A stretch of 64,000 nucleotides of DNA, taken from Oopsacas minuta (Eukaryota > Animalia > Porifera). Numbering within the stretch: the stretch's first letter is position 1; each line of letters opens with the position of its first letter. The position numbers and the translations under genes are program-made. The notes beneath the pieces are model-generated. The model had not been told where the DNA came from. It made no database searches and worked only from the letters and a program-made list of their open reading frames with translations. The stretch spans positions 186,001-250,000 of the forward strand of contig JAKMXF010000326.1 of the NCBI GenBank assembly GCA_024704765.1, read 5' to 3'. Positions 27,055 to 41,607 of this stretch are shown in pieces.

Positions 27055-27299
27055 TATATATAGGATGTGTATGTGTAGCAGATACCGGGATTTAATTTCC
27101 CAAATTGGTAAATAGCAGGAGCAGAAATGTACAAATGCTTGTGTCAATTTTACAATTAACTTTAAGCGTAAGAGGATATAATCTAATTATTATCGGTGCC
27201 GACAGCTTAGTTAATTAATCAAATTGTTTGTAGTGGTGTTAATGATTGGAGGCACTATAAAATGTTAATTTAACCAAATATAAATAGTCGCTCCAATTA

Positions 27300-29926
27300 C
27301 ACTACGTAACAAATTTTTATGAAATCTTTGTTTGGCTTGATATTTTGATTGTTTATGGATAATTTTGAGGCGCTGATTCCGAAAATGCAATTAGCTTCTT
27401 TCTATCATCGATGGTTAACTTTCAGGAAGCCTATTTATATGAGCAGGTTACACGCTTAGCCAACCCAGCAAAAACGTACGTCACAATCAAAATCTTTTGT
27501 GCTATAACAATAAAGATAACAAACATTTTGCACTCCCTTCGCTGTCTCTTGTCTTTTAAGCTCTGGGAGACACTTAAAGTGTCTGCGAATGCACAGCTTA
27601 AACAGTATCAGAATTCCAGGGTGGGGTAGGATTGCAAAACTTAGAAATTTCGTTCTTGTGTATAGTTTATTTGCTATCCAGTACCTACACTTGGAAAGTA
27701 TTTACTTATATTAATACTATAAGCTACCAGCAGCTAGTATAAGCATAAGTATAACTGCCTTTAGCAGAGAGGCAGAAATAACTTGCTGGTTGTTCTTACG
27801 TTGAGTTAGTGTTTTTCAAATTTAGAAATTGCAATGGCTAGTAGACAAGGCAAGAATTCACCTGACTCATTTTGCTATGTTTGTGGATATCATGTTGGTG
27901 ACAAACATGTTTCAAATAAAATATCAAAATAAGCTAAGTATTGGGAAGCGTATAGACTGTATTTTGGGATGTCCATTGGGGATCAGGAAAAAGGCCTGGG
28001 CCCCACATGTGATTTGTGGCAGCTGTCGATCTAATCTTGAAGGTTGGTTGAGGGATTCCGCTAGAGTTATGCCATTTGCTATTCCAAGAGTTTGGAGAGA
28101 GCCACAAAACCATCATGATGATTGTTACTTTTGTATGGTAAATATTGCTAAGTACCGCAAGGTTAAGGGAAGAAGAGCACTGACTTATCCAAGTATACCT
28201 TCATCCATTGCACCTGTTCCTCATAGTGAAACTTTACCAGTTCCAAAACCACCAGCAAATGTAAGTAGTTTTATGTTTTATAATATAAGGCTACGCTAGC
28301 TTATATGTTGTAAGGGTGACCCACAATCTGCATCTTATGTTTTATTCTTGTCATTTTAGTTGGAGTTTAATACTGAATGTGAAGACTCAATATCAAGTGA
28401 AACTTCGGATGCTGAGGAGGAGTACCTCCAATCAACAAGTGCAGATCGTCATTATCCTTCTAAGAGAGAATTAGATGACTTAATACGAGATCTGCAACAA
28501 ACAAAATCTGCAGCAGAGCTATTGACGTCAAGATTAAGCGAGTGGAATTTGCTGCGTGATGATTGCAAAGTAACTGCTTACAGGAAGAGGCACTTGGACT
28601 ATTCTGTTTGCTTTGATGTAGTACAGGATCTGTGCTAGTGCAAAGATGTGAATGGTTTGTTTGATGCTGTTGGAATTGAACATGACCCTTCTCAGTGGCG
28701 ACTTCTTATTGACAGTTCCACCAAAAGTCTTAAAGGAGTTTTACTTCATAATGGGGACAAATATCCGTCAATTCCACTTGCTTATTCAATACAAATGAAA
28801 GAAGACTATGAAAATGTCAAGCAACTACTGCTTAAAATAAACTATGCTGAATTTAACTGGCAGCTCTGTGGTGATTTTAAGATGTTGGGGTTTTTGTTGG
28901 GACTGCAGGGTAGTTACACCAAATACTCATGTTTTCTTTGTTTGTGGAACAGCAGAGCTGATGGAGAGCACTACAAGAAGATTCAATGGCCGCCAAGAAA
29001 AGAATTAATGCCAGGAAAGTACAATGTCATCAAAGAGCCACTTGTATGCCGGGAAAAAGTTTTACTATCACCTCTTCATATAAAACTAGGTTTAGTAAAG
29101 CAATTTGTTAAAGCTTTGGATTTTGAAGGAGAATCTTTTCCAGAAATCCGTGCAATGTTTCCAAAATTATCAGATGCTAAACTAAAGGGAGGAATATTTG
29201 TTGGCCCCCAAATAACCACCATGTTAAAGTCAAGAACCCTGGAGGATAAAATGACCGAAACAGAAAGAAGAGCCTGGCAGGCATTTCGAGATGTAGTTAA
29301 TGGCTTTTAGAAAATAACAAAGATCCTAATTATGAAGAGATAGTGAATACTCTGATCACAAGCTACCAAAAGATGGGATGTCGCATGTCGTTGAAACTTC
29401 ATTTTCTATGCTCTCATCTTGACCTCTTTCAAGAAAATTTGGGGGATTTCAGCGAGGAACATGGCGAGAGATTTCACCAAGATATTCAGCTAGTGGAAAG
29501 ACTGTATCAGGGCCGCTGGGACAGTGCAATGATGGGCGACTACATGTGGTTTTGGATAAGGGAAGACATTTCTGGTCACAAAAGAAAAGCTCGTTTAACA
29601 GTTCATTTTTGAAGTATTTTAACTCTCTAACATTGAGTGTGTTTTGTTTTCTTTAGGACTTGTAATCAGCAATGTACTGTTTGGTAGTGATTTTCATGTT
29701 CAAATTAACCTATCAACACATCACTACGTGTTTAAATCTATTACAAGAGCTGTAGGTAAATTTGCATATAATGAACAACACAACTTGCTCCGAAAAAGCA
29801 AAAAGTGTAAATACGTCAAAAAGCATTGATGATATGGAAAAACTAACACGATTTTTAATTCAGCGACCCAAAAAACATAAGGGGACATCAAAAATTGAAG
29901 CCAAACAAAAATTGTGTTACTTAGTG
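27300..29926 (+). mobile_element. Chapaev3-type (CMC) DNA transposon, full length 2627 bp, transposase pseudogenised
   Basis: Imperfect TIRs cactacgtaacaaattttt / cactaagtaacacaattttt with 3-bp TSD TTA. ORF from ATG 27834 to TGA 29612 with intron 28261-28359. Motifs WAPHVICGSC, WREPQNHHDDCYFC, IDSS, CGDFK, YSCFLCLW, PLHIKLGLVKQFVKAL, MSLKLHFLCSHL, SEEHGERFHQDI. Stop at 28636 plus frameshifts. Confidence 0.88.
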
Positions 29927-30261
29927 TTACTAGTTGTACTTTAAACAAATGGAATCAATAGACTAAACAGTGGTAAAGACTGAGATTGTAAACTTTTTCG
30001 ATTTATCAAGTAATTATTAGTCAACTATGTTGACTATTGTCTTTTCAATTACAATCATGTTTGCAATTGTAATTGTAATTAATATTAGGATCTATCTTCC
30101 AAGTAATTAGAATTGTAATTGCAATTCTTATTATAATTGGAAAATATAATTGAACCCAACTCTGGTCAACATAGATGCAGAATTTCGGTTATGACCAGAT
30201 TGGATATATAATTATACATATCTCGGAGATTTTGTTCGGATTGTTTAGTTGAATTTGAATA

Positions 30262-30420
30262 CAGTCAAACCTCTCTATAGTGTACAGTCACATTAGCGGA
30301 TGTTTTTATTCGCTAACCAGAAATCAAATTATTGATTGGGAACATTGGGAAGCAAGGAATAGCATTAAATTTTACGAGGTGTTCACTGATCATAGATGTT
30401 CACTAACGGAGGTTTCACTG
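30262..30420. mobile_element. pogo/Tigger-like MITE, 159 bp
   Basis: TA|cagtcaaacctctctatagtg ... cactaacggaggtttcactg|TA. Confidence 0.8.
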
Positions 30421-30694
30421 TAGCTATATACTAATGAGAAACTTGAACATAATGAAATAATTAGTTTTACAATTTTGAGGGCCAAGGAAGTTCGAGACTA
30501 TAGCCTATAACCAGGATAAGTGATATAAGATAGAAATGCAATAGAAGGAGTAATCAAATGATTTTGTGACGAACATAAGGATACAAATTGTGTTTACAAT
30601 ATATATTGGGCAAAATAGTATCAAATTATCAATAACCAAACAATAGGATTAATCCAAATATACTTCAAATAAGAGATTGGATTGCCATCGAGAG

Positions 30695-31233
30695 TTAATC
30701 TATGCAAGGATTATTTTTGAAAAGAAATTCAGCAAGATAATCAATTGGATCATCAGGATTGCTTTTAGAAATGTTTACAAGGCCTCTAGTGAGAGTTGGC
30801 ATAACAAATGACATTAAATAATTGCGCAAAGGCATTGCTTGACACTCAAGATAATCAAACTTCTGTAATTGGATAGCATTAGTCTGAGCAGTCCATATTG
30901 CTTCATTGGTACATTTTCTAGAGGCTTCTTCCATTTCCCAGTTGAACTTCCTGGTGAGCAATTTTGTATTTAACAAAGACCTATTTTCATCCTCTTCTTG
31001 AGAAATTAGAAATAATTCCTCAGCAGTTGGTCCATAATTCTTAGGATTACCTATCATATCGATAATTTTATGAAGGATATAATCCGGTTTAACATTATCA
31101 AGATGAGTTATGTCAAATCTAGAAATAAATATCTCAAACTCATCAAAAAAATTCAAAACTGTTGTATCGAGAGAATACATATTTTGATAATCACTAAATC
31201 TTCGGAAAAAGCCTTCTTCGTTATTATGAGTAC
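30695..31233 (-). CDS. AK7: Adenylate kinase 7, final coding exon (end of AK domain, coiled coil, Dpy-30 motif)
   Basis: Acceptor tttttag|GT ACT CAT at 31234/31233, phase 1. GTHNNEEGFFRRFSDY...VLNFFDEFEI...IGNPKNYG...QAMPLRNYLMSFVMPTLTRGL...PDDPIDYLAEFLFKNNP matches the AK7 C-terminus. Confidence 0.93.
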
Positions 31234-32240
31234 CTAAAAAAGTTGAATGAAATAGACATACAACTGAGTGGATTATGCTTAAACAGTAATATCGGCTGAT
31301 ACAGACCACATTGAAGTATATACAAGAAGCTCCACAGTATTGCATAGCTTCTAACTTTCGAAAATAATAAAAATAACACATAATGAGTAATTTTATAAAC
31401 GTACTGAAATTATGAGACAATTATGACATAAGTGGCACAAATATTTATGAGTATCAACTCTAGGACGAATGACCAAAATTTAAGGAATTTTAACAACAGA
31501 TACAAATAATATCTAGAATTCAAAGCTGCATAAGAGATCTGATGTATCAAATCGTAATGGAAATTCACAGTCAATACGATATAATGAGGAGAGTTCAACT
31601 CAATGAACCGGTAACGGTAAAAACTGACAAATATTTTCAAGGTGACAAAGATTGAGAAAGCATAAATCCCCAAACTAAATCCATGAGATTGGTCCTGACC
31701 AACCTTAACAAATCAGAGCGGTCATGATTAGAAGTTAAATAGGGTATAAACTTCGTATATTATAATCAATAACAGGGATAAACATAATACTCTGGTTATA
31801 ACAAAATGATGATTCATTTATATATATCGATTAATTCGTTGACTGGAGATCAACAACAGTTAAGACCCGTAACTTCTGAGGAAATCAAAATCTCTTCTTG
31901 ATATTCTTGATAGAGAAGGATTAAGTTTACAGATGCGAATAGTAGGAAGGTACAATGAAAGAAAGTACGTTATTGCTCGGGTAAAGGAACTTTAGAATTA
32001 CCAGATCTTGAGTGAACTTCAAACTAGCATACAGGGTAAAGAATAAAAATTACCGAGATTGGGGAGATTCCCAAACCATAAATCATTTTTGCAAATTGAT
32101 GTAAATTATTACAAGTATTTTCAACAAAATTTCCAAATAACAGAGTGGTCTTGAGTTGTCTCACACGTTTTTAGGAACTAAAACGAGCAAAGACATGAAA
32201 TTCGCAAATGGTAAATCTCTAAATTTTATAGCAGAATCTA

Positions 32241-33549
32241 CAGGGTGGCTTTTAAGTCCTGACCATTATATATTTCATTGTCCACATTGCTGGACTATTC
32301 TTACATAGGTTTACTAATCGATAATTCAAACACATATTGGAACTAATTATATTTGATTGAATTATTCAATGTAGCCACCTTTCTTTGTAATTACTGCTCG
32401 TAGACGCCCTAGCACTGCCTCTACTGCGGCGCGCAGTGTTTCTTCTGGAATTCTAGCCCATTTACGAAGTAGATCCTTCTTTAAAGACGCAATATTAGCA
32501 TGAGCTTTGCGCATGCATTTTCTCCAATATCGCCCATATAGAGAAATCCATGTGATTTAGATCCGGACTAGACGGTGGCCATTCTTCTTTACTGATAAAA
32601 TCGGGAATATTTTCTGAAAAGCCAGGTCTGAGTGATACGAGCTGTATGGGCTGGAGCCCCATCTTGTTGAAACAAGAATCGATACCTGTTAAACATGTTA
32701 GCACCCAGGCCTTTCACTACAGGTTCTAAAATACGATCCTTGTATTCTGTAGAGTTGATTTTTACACACCGGGGGACAAATATCAGTTGTGTCCTTCCAA
32801 AACCGGAGATCCCTCCCCAAATCATCACTGAAAGTGGTTTTTGGACTCTCCGAACATAGCGGAGTTCTTCATTTATAGTGGAAGAAGTAGAAGATAAGAT
32901 CCTGTCGTTTTGAGAGTTACTGGCCTCCTCAATTGTGAATAATTTTCATCCGAATACAGAACATTATGATAGCCATGTTCTGCGAGCCGACTAAGAAGCT
33001 TTGTGCAACGAAGTAATTGTTTTTGTCGAATCGCAGTTGAGAGATAGTGTACCTTTCTTCGTTTGTAAGAAGATAGACCCAGGGAACTTTTCACAATCTT
33101 ATGAACTGATGTAGGCGATATTTTGAGTTCAAATGACATTTTTCTCATTGATCGGCGTGGATTTCGCCGAATTCTGTCTCTGATTATTTCTTCATACTGG
33201 TTGTGGTTACAGTAATTGGACGTCCACTTCTACTTTTGTCTTTGACACTACCAGTCTCAAGATAACGCTGGATAGTACTAAAGACAAATTTTCTCCGCTC
33301 TTTCGGGATATTCAATGATATCATAATGTCACATTGGTGCTTCCAATTCACAAATAATTCAATTATAGCAGACCGTTGTCTTTCCATCTGTGCAGTGAAG
33401 GGATCATGTAGAAATATCATTCAGTTCTAAGTAATAATTATGCTAGACTACATATATATACACCATATATAAATATCACAACCTAAGAAAGTATATTATA
33501 CTTGTTGTAAAACTGCAAATATAGGCGTCAGGACTCAAAAGCCACCCTG
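32241..33549 (-). mobile_element. Tc1/mariner element, DD37D (maT-type), full length 1309 bp, frameshifted transposase
   Basis: TIRs cagggtggcttttaagtcctgac / cagggtggcttttgagtcctgac with TA on both sides. Motifs RSGRP, VLYSDE, VMIWGGIS, FQQDGAPAH...WPPSSPDLNHMDFSIW; 37 residues counted between D2 and D3 across one frameshift. Confidence 0.93.
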
Positions 33550-36059
33550 TAATCGGATAGTTCATAAAGAGATCGCATCTCTGAGATACGGGCAAATTCT
33601 AAGATATGGGGACCTTCCAGACGAGACTGCCCAGATATGAGTTGAAGCTATAGAGAGACTGAGGTTATATCAGTTATGCTTAAATCGGAAGTTCCTTGGA
33701 TTGTAAAAGGGAGCTAAAGATTTCCTTCAGAGAACAAGTAAATTCCAACACCAAATGTTTTCGTTCATTCCAAAAATACCATTAAAACACTTAATACAAA
33801 ACTACGTAAGTCCATTCCATATATAGCAATAATAAATCCAATTATATGAGATATTAAAATTTTAATTTTCAAATTCCAATTCTAACATTAGTAGTGTCAA
33901 TTGTGAAACATATCACCTCTAATAGCTACTTCTTAAGTTGAAAGTTTCCAATCACTACCAACTTGTGCCACTTGTTCCCATCTGATATTTTGGTTGCAAT
34001 TGAAAAAAGTGGAAAATGGTGACATCAACACAGTATCGTATTAGGATTAATGCTTCTTCAATAGTACACTCGGATGCGTAGAATAAGATTCTCTTATCAC
34101 CCCCAACCTCAACTTAACCAAGCTAATTGTGATAAAATTCAAATCGGCTACAGTTTACCCTCGCTAATATGAACCCAGTTAATCCGAACAATGCTTAGAG
34201 CTTATACAATCGTCGTAAATTGTTTCCAACGTAAAATATAGACGAAATATATCCAATTCTACCACAGATCGATATCTAATACTATATTACGTATAATTGT
34301 AATTTTCTATGAGAAATTACGTCGTAAGATGTTTATAAAAGCCAAGATAGGTGATAATACAAGATACAAATTCGTTTTATTGGAGCTGAATGACCATTTT
34401 CGATAAGTTCCAGATGATGAATTATCCTCTATTGTGTGCAAAAGAAAAGAATTACGGTGGAAAAATATGCAGATGCTCAGTTTAAATGGACTTACTTTTC
34501 AATATCTTTCCGTTCTAAGTTATTTGTATAAATATGTGATGTTTTGGAATTTTTCATTTATAATGGATTTTCAATAGATTTGTCGCCTATTTAAAATTGG
34601 CTAAAGGATCAGGGGGGGCGGTTCTGAAAATAATTTTTAATTAAAGATAAAGTTATAAGGCTTTAAAATGTAACGTGAAATGCCTGCACAAGATAGCAAA
34701 CGATAATTTCGCGACTAAATTGGCTGTTTAAAAGCTTACTTAGCTCAATATGAACCAATAGTACAGTAGGGCCCTCCACAAAGGTACATACACAATACTG
34801 GGTTAAAAGATATATATGCACAAAATATAGAATATATATACTTGTCAAACTGATCAAATTTTATAAAGTAGGTACAGTTATAATGTACAGAGAGTCTGTT
34901 ATTGTATGGGTCATTTTCTTTAAGGGATGATTCACTTATAGCTGGTTTAATAATAATAGGGTTTGACTCTTCTCTTGAAAACAGGTAAAGAGGTAGAACT
35001 TCTGATTTCAAATGATAATTTAATATACAGAAATGCACCAGTACAATTGACTGAATTCCTGGCTAAGTTAAGCTTGAAATTAGGCACATATAGCTTTCAC
35101 AAGTAGTCTGTCCTTTCACCTATGGGCGAAACTATAGAGAGGATTAAAAATGTTTAGGACATACATTGGCACTGGTTCATGAAAAGCTTTGAAAGCCGTT
35201 TAAGTTAATTTTTCTTTGCAGTTTAGAAACTTTAGTTAAATCACGCACTGGACACCAGATAATAGAACATTGTCAAGTAAAGTTTATATGAATGAAATGT
35301 AGAAAATCCTTTTGTAAACATTGATAAATACCACCTTATTAATCTTAGAAGCGCAACTTTTACAGAATCTTTTGGATATACTACCAATGTGTTCTTTAAA
35401 ATCCAAATTGCTATCAACATTTACACCAAGGATCTTCAAACAGCTCAATCTTTCCAAACATCTTCAATCAAAATTTATACATAAATCGTTCCTTGTAATT
35501 CATTAGCTTTCCGCCTAGTTGTAACAAATATATAGTTGCTTTTGCTACTATATATAATTAACTTGTTTTGTTACACTAATTAAACATGCCGTCTAGATCA
35601 GTATTTAGCTTCTATTCTACAATATGAATCGTCTTTCCAGAAGTGTGCATAAATGTGTTATCAGCAGAGATCAACACTTGAAATTCCTGAGAGCGATAGG
35701 TAGAGAATTTTACATACAGGGTTCGTTAATTGCGGTAATCATATGATATAGGCTCTAACCCAGTGCAATTAGGATGCAATAGTTCCAAGTGAGCAAATTT
35801 TTCAAATTCCATCGTGTTAAACCTGTAACCATGTTATGTAACCCACTCCATTTCGGACTACATTGCATATTAAATATCTTTCGCAATCAGAAAATATATG
35901 AAAAAAACACTTGAACAAATATGTAACTATGTTTGTTAGTTGCTCTACGAAGTGACGCTAAAATTGATAACAGTTTGATCACAGTAACTGTATAAATATA
36001 GAATAATAAACATTCTAGATAATTTAAACACTTAAATTTACAACTTGACACATTTTACA

Positions 36060-39000
36060 TTCTTTGCATCACAAAAACGCCCCGAGGAAGAGAGTTAATG
36101 GGCTCAATGAAATCTCCAAGTAAGAGTCACTAGTTTTAAGAAACAGCTTCAAAACCAGCTGGCATATTTTGTTAGATAGAGTTCTTTTAACATACTATCC
36201 GTCTCGAGCGTCAACGAACACGATTAGAAAACGAGAACACAACAGAGCGGGCCGCCAGCCTAAAATGCCAGCTAGTAAGCCAAAATGTTCATTTTTGACA
36301 GCAAGAGCCTACTAACCGGCTTCCCGCCGAAAGCGTCAGTTAGAGTACGAAGTAGCTCAGGATGAAATTGAGAACAAGGGAGGAAGGAATTGCCCTACAG
36401 AGCTATCAGAGAGATTGCAAAGCCAGATTGAAAGGTAAAACGAAAATAATGTCCTAAAATCTGCGAGTTCTTATCTTGGGTCGGAAATTCTCGCTAATGT
36501 AATAGATGAATACTCAGCAGGCCTCATCAATTTTCTGTTCCCATGGTGGGGCAAATTTAGGGAGAACGAGGGAGAATGTGAAACTCTTCAGTAACATTAA
36601 AAGTGTTTCTAATTTTCACTGAGTTGTGGACAGGGATAGGTTGTTCTTCCTCCTTTAGCTCCATACCTTAGATGTTTAGACATCTACTGACTACTAATGA
36701 CAGTCAAGGGAAAGAGTTCAGACAACATATAAGAGCTTACAACTCGGCTCTTGCTTTTGCTTAAATCGGTGTAAACCTTGATAAAAAACTAGCTAACGCT
36801 AAACTTGGAGTTTACACTTTCCGTATTCAAGGATTTGTCCACCATTGTTCGGATAACTCAAACTCCGAGATGGCGAGGCGCCATCCTTTGCCCAAATATA
36901 TATTCATCAAGGAACATGTGATGGAAACTAGAGAACCGTCAGCAACATCTCTTTTAGAATTGAGAGAACTCCTAAATATGTTCCATTAGATCAGCGCTTA
37001 TTTCTCATATCTCAATCAAGGCACAGGTAGGATGAAATAAAATGGAGCCAGTGACGTAAGATGATTATCAGAGCTGATGATGTTCCAGATCCTAGCCGAT
37101 ATAATGCTCCTACTGTCCCGAGATTGCTGTCATAATGCCTAGAGACGGGTATACAAAGGGAGTAGCTACCAGAGACATAGTACTCCATGCATGTACAGGG
37201 GTTTGCAACGTATCACCGAGTGAAACTGTGCTTATGATTCTTTGTCACCTTCAGGAGATAATGGGTGGCACTTGAAAATACCTCACAGGCGAGGAGATGG
37301 ATATGTAACTCCCAAGGAGTTCTACTCTTATGGCATTATGGTTAGAGGAGAAGTAAACTATCTACTACTCTATGGTAGGCTCTACCATAGGCACCAGGCC
37401 TCAATTTGGTCAGGGTGGGTTAAATACATGTAAACCCCAAATATGTATTTAGCGAATTTGGATACAATTTATTGTGTTTACTAACAAATCTAATCTATAA
37501 AATAAATGATACTAACAAGTCGGAATATGCAAGAAGTTTTCTATATTTCTGGAATTGCGAAAGTTAATTTCCTCTGCTTATTTCCCTTATTAAATTTCTT
37601 CGTGGAACTTCTGCAGGAATTTCTTGAGAATTTCTTTATGAATATGACTGATCATAAGAGCACGCATTCGATCGTGACCCATTATTGTCCTCAAAACTGT
37701 TTTAGTCTATTAAATGTAGAAAAAGTTCACTCACATTCAACTGATGTTACCGACATTGTTTAATAGGATTCGGAGTAAAATAGATATCTGAGGACACCAT
37801 GCCACACTGTTATCCTTTAAAAGTAGTACTCTATTCATATTCGATAAACACTTGCCACATGACCTCAATAGATAATGTTAATAAAAATACAGCACTTACA
37901 TTTAGAAAACACATGTCTGGGGATAAATGTAAGTAGGGTAAATGACAAAGTGACAACCAATATTTATCTCGACAATGAGCAAATCAGAGTGGGTAAAACC
38001 AACCCAAAAAACGTCAGGGTGGGTCAAGGCAATGAAAAGCTCCCAGTGCCAGAAATACTACTTTCTCAAATTCTCAAATAAAATTGTGTTGGATACATCA
38101 TCATATGAATGGAAAGAAAGGAAAAGGGACATGGTACCATAATTGGCCGAGTATATTCTGCCATCCGAGTGAAGGGAAACGTTTTTACCTGAGAATACTC
38201 CTACACCATGTAACTGGATGTCGCAGTTACAAGGATATCCGAACGCCCCCTGATTGTACTATTTACAATACCTATAAGAAGCAGCACGTAGGCGATGTGA
38301 TTTAGAAGATGACAAAGAGTGTGACGAGTGTCTGACAGAAGCTGCTTCATCTTCAATGCGATCAGAATTACGTCAACTCTTTGTCACATTACATATATTT
38401 AACGAACCAACCGACCCATTTGTTTTATGGAATAATCATAGGCGTCATTGGCTGAAAATTTTATTTCCAGAGCTAGAATTATTTACCTTAACATTGAATT
38501 GGATGAACATATCTTCAACAGAACGTTGTTAGACGTTGAGTATCGGCTTGCAATGCAGGGAAAGTCTCTGTGTGACTTAGAGGGATGCCGCTCACCTTAC
38601 ATGATAGTAGTCCACATAATCAACCCATTAGAGTTTGAGCTATCTTTATTGATGGATCAGGCGGTATTGGAAAGGCATTCTATACAACATTCTATTAGCT
38701 AAAGTGCGGTCAGAAGGTCATATCGCATTAGCAATGGCTTGAAGAGACATAGCAGCCATTCTGCTTACTGGCGGAAGGATAGTTCAATCTAGATTGAAGG
38801 TACCGATCCCCTCGAATGGCTATCAGTTGATAACATGCCCAAACAGAGCGCACTAGCAGAACTGATGCACAGAGCAAATCTATTATTCTGGAATTAAGTT
38901 CCAATGGTACACAGAAATGCTGCTGAGTGTATAGATCTTAGTCTGAAAGATAATTGTCCCTGTGAGCCACAATTTGGAGGAAAGGGGACCCCATTTGCAG

Positions 39001-39840
39001 GTGATTTCTGCAAGATTCTGCTTGTAATTCGACATAGTACCAGTACGCAGGCAATATCAGCCTGTATCAATAAACCACCACTTTGACACAATGTAAAAGT
39101 GATGAAGTTGATCACAAACATGCGCCTACAGAATTTAGAGCAGCAGAACTCAGTAGAAGTAAGTAATTCCTTAGACTTCTAAATCCGAGAAGGAGAAAGC
39201 ACTTAACCTGAGACTGACTCTACATGATTCACTTAGAAGAAAAGTATGTAGTACGCGGTGAAACAATTAGAGACTTGGCCGCTAATATTTATGGTGATAT
39301 CAAGGAAAAAATATAATGATCGTGATTATATTACTTCACATATTATGATTTCTCTTAAATCGAAACAACTGAATACATCAACGATTATGTTATGAACCAA
39401 CTCCCTGGAGATACACATGGATTTTTGAGTATGGACTCAGTAGGACAGGCTCAGGCAGCTTTATATCCAACCGAATTCCTAACTTCTATTACACATCTAG
39501 CTTGCCTCCGCAACGACTTAACCTTAAGGTGAATTCTTCTATAATACTACTGCATAGTCTCGACCTTAAGCAAGGCAGGTGCAAAGGTTCTCGCTTGATT
39601 GTGAGAGCATTCTTAAATCATGTCATTGACGCAGAAAACGCCACATGCGCATATCGATGTAAGCGAGTGTTTATCCATCGCATAATGATGATGCCTTCCG
39701 AGAAATTCCTTGTGTTCTCAAATGGAAGCAATTCTCTATTCGCTCTGCCTTCTGTATCACCATCAAGAAATGGTAGGGTCAGAGTTTGGAGTCTGTAGGA
39801 ATATTCTACCATCTCTTGGTGCTACTTTCAGTCACGGGGA
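36060..39840 (+). mobile_element. Helitron RepHel remnant with large internal deletion, inside the AK7 intron
   Basis: RLERQRTRLENE repeat-like N-terminus; GVYTFRIQGFVHH; RYNAPTVPEIAVIMP; GDNGWHL; EGKRFYLRILLHHVTG; LSLLMDQAVLERHSI (frameshifted FIDGPGGTGK); QFGGK..FAGDFCKIL; YPTEFL; LPPQRLNLKVNSSIILLHSLDLKQGRCKGSRL. Confidence 0.9.
37540..37760 (-). pseudogene. hAT transposase dimerisation-domain fragment at the Helitron deletion junction
   Basis: The minus strand reads MSVTSVECE*TFSTFNRLK(T)VLRTIMGHDRMRALMISHIHKEIL. Confidence 0.75.
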
Positions 39841-39850
39841 AATATACATA

Positions 39851-41194
39851 CAGTGTACATAATGATAATGCACTCTAATACAAAGATATATATTATAGAA
39901 ATGTGTTATTAATAAGTAATAATTCATTTGCTTACATTTCCCCCCCTTTAGTTTAATACATTCTATTATGTGTTCTGGCATTCCTCTATACATTTGCCCC
40001 AAAATATCTGGTTGGATTGGCGACCAAGTAAATTTTCAGTTCTTGATCAGCATCTCTGTATTTGCTGAAGGTGCCATTGCATCTACCTCAGCTTGGAGAA
40101 TTGACGAGAGTTTCCCTGTTGGATTTAAATCCGGAGAGTTTCCAGGCCAAATACCCATCGCGCAAAAGCTTTCAGGTTGTTCCTGCAACATTCTTGGGTT
40201 ATTTTTGTGTGTTGCGGAGGAGCACCATCCTGTTAAAAGATGGATTTGGACATCTCAGTCAGCATTGCTTTGCTCAAAAAAATTACTAGTTTACGGTCTC
40301 TTCGCATTACAGAAGGAGGGAACTCTTCAAAATCCCTTCTACATAGTATTCTGCTGTTATGATTTGTCCTTTGGGAACAATATGTAATTCTGAGAGTGCA
40401 CGATATGACATCACGCCCCACAAGTGAATTTGATCGGAAATTTTACTTTCTTGACTGGGGTAATTTGTGACGAATATTTAGCCCAGATTCGATCGTTTTA
40501 TCGATTCCGAGGGTGAAAAATTTCAAATGTAGATTCATCAGAAAATAGTACACGTTTCCAGTCGTCAACTGTCTAATTTCTCCGTTCTTTACAGAAAAGC
40601 AGCCTGGCCGCAAGCTGTTTTTCGGTCAGTAGCAGGTGTCGTTGTCGTTTTAGGGTTTAACGTGAAGGGTCTTCTTCAAATATTTATGAACAGTACCATG
40701 AGTGATAGGAAATCCACTAGCAGTTGTTCTCTTGGCTAGTTTTCGAGTGGATTGGTCCCTTTTGCATATTAATTAGCCAAAATGATCTTCACAACTCTAG
40801 GGATGGATGATTTCGGTCCACGACCCGCTTTATTCTGAAGGGATTCCTCTTTCTTATACCGACTCTATCAGCGTCTGATTGAGCTAATATCTGCACCTAT
40901 TACCTTAGCTCACTTTGTTTTCGTAAATCCTGCTTCTAAAATCCCAATAGCTCGGTTTCGAGAAGATAGAAGATGTTTTTGACCATATATGATAGACTAA
41001 TTTTCCAGAATAATGAAAAGTTAAACTTTCGCATAATAAAGGCACGAGTTATATGAACTATTATTAAAGATTATGAGCATTGATTGCTAACAAGAACGAG
41101 AATAAAATACATTCACCTAGATTAAATAATACTAGAATATATATAAAGGGTATATAAGAATTAAAATATAGCGGATCAATCATTATACACTCTG
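39851..41194 (-). mobile_element. Tc1/mariner element, DD37E-like, about 1344 bp, decayed
   Basis: ATG at 40986. Motifs GRGPK, WKRVLFSDESTF, NDRIW, QDGAPPQH...WPGNSPDLNPTG, with 37 residues from D2 to the E position (now G). Degenerate TA-flanked ends tacagtgtacataatgat / tacagagtgtataatgat. Confidence 0.8.
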
Positions 41195-41389
41195 TAGCAT
41201 TGACTAGGGTACAGAACCCTAGAGGTTTAAAGCCGATGGTATGTGGGTGTAGCTACTCCACATCCGGAGATGTATGGGCTAGAAAAGTGTGTTATAGAGG
41301 GGTATTCTAAAACTAGCACAGAGTATTGGCCTAAATTGTAATGAAATATTATCTGCTAGAATAAATGAAACCCACCTTACAAATAGCAG

Positions 41390-41607
41390 CACAAGAATAT
41401 TATGTACCCCTGAATATAAGGTTGTCAAGGATATTTGGTCACAATATTAACTTATAACCAGTAATAGGTAACGGTAATTGCGTATGCCGAGCCTTCTTTC
41501 ATATTATTATAGGTACAGAAACATTGTATAACCAACAGTAAACTTAATACAGATGTCGGCAATTACATTTGAGCAGGAATTCTATGATCAAAATATATGT
41601 TTCGTAT
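41390..41607 (+). pseudogene. OTU-family deubiquitinase-like domain remnant
   Basis: PVIGNGNCVCRAFFHIIIGTE resembles the OTU Cys box (GDGNCLFRA). A frameshifted TDV.IITF.GIL.IKIYV resembles the WGxxxEI region. Confidence 0.65.

Noticed and set aside
31234-31420. N-terminal 62 codons of the listed 241-aa ORF 30695-31420
   Set aside because: It is intronic read-through upstream of the tttttag acceptor; AK7 similarity starts only at GTHN.
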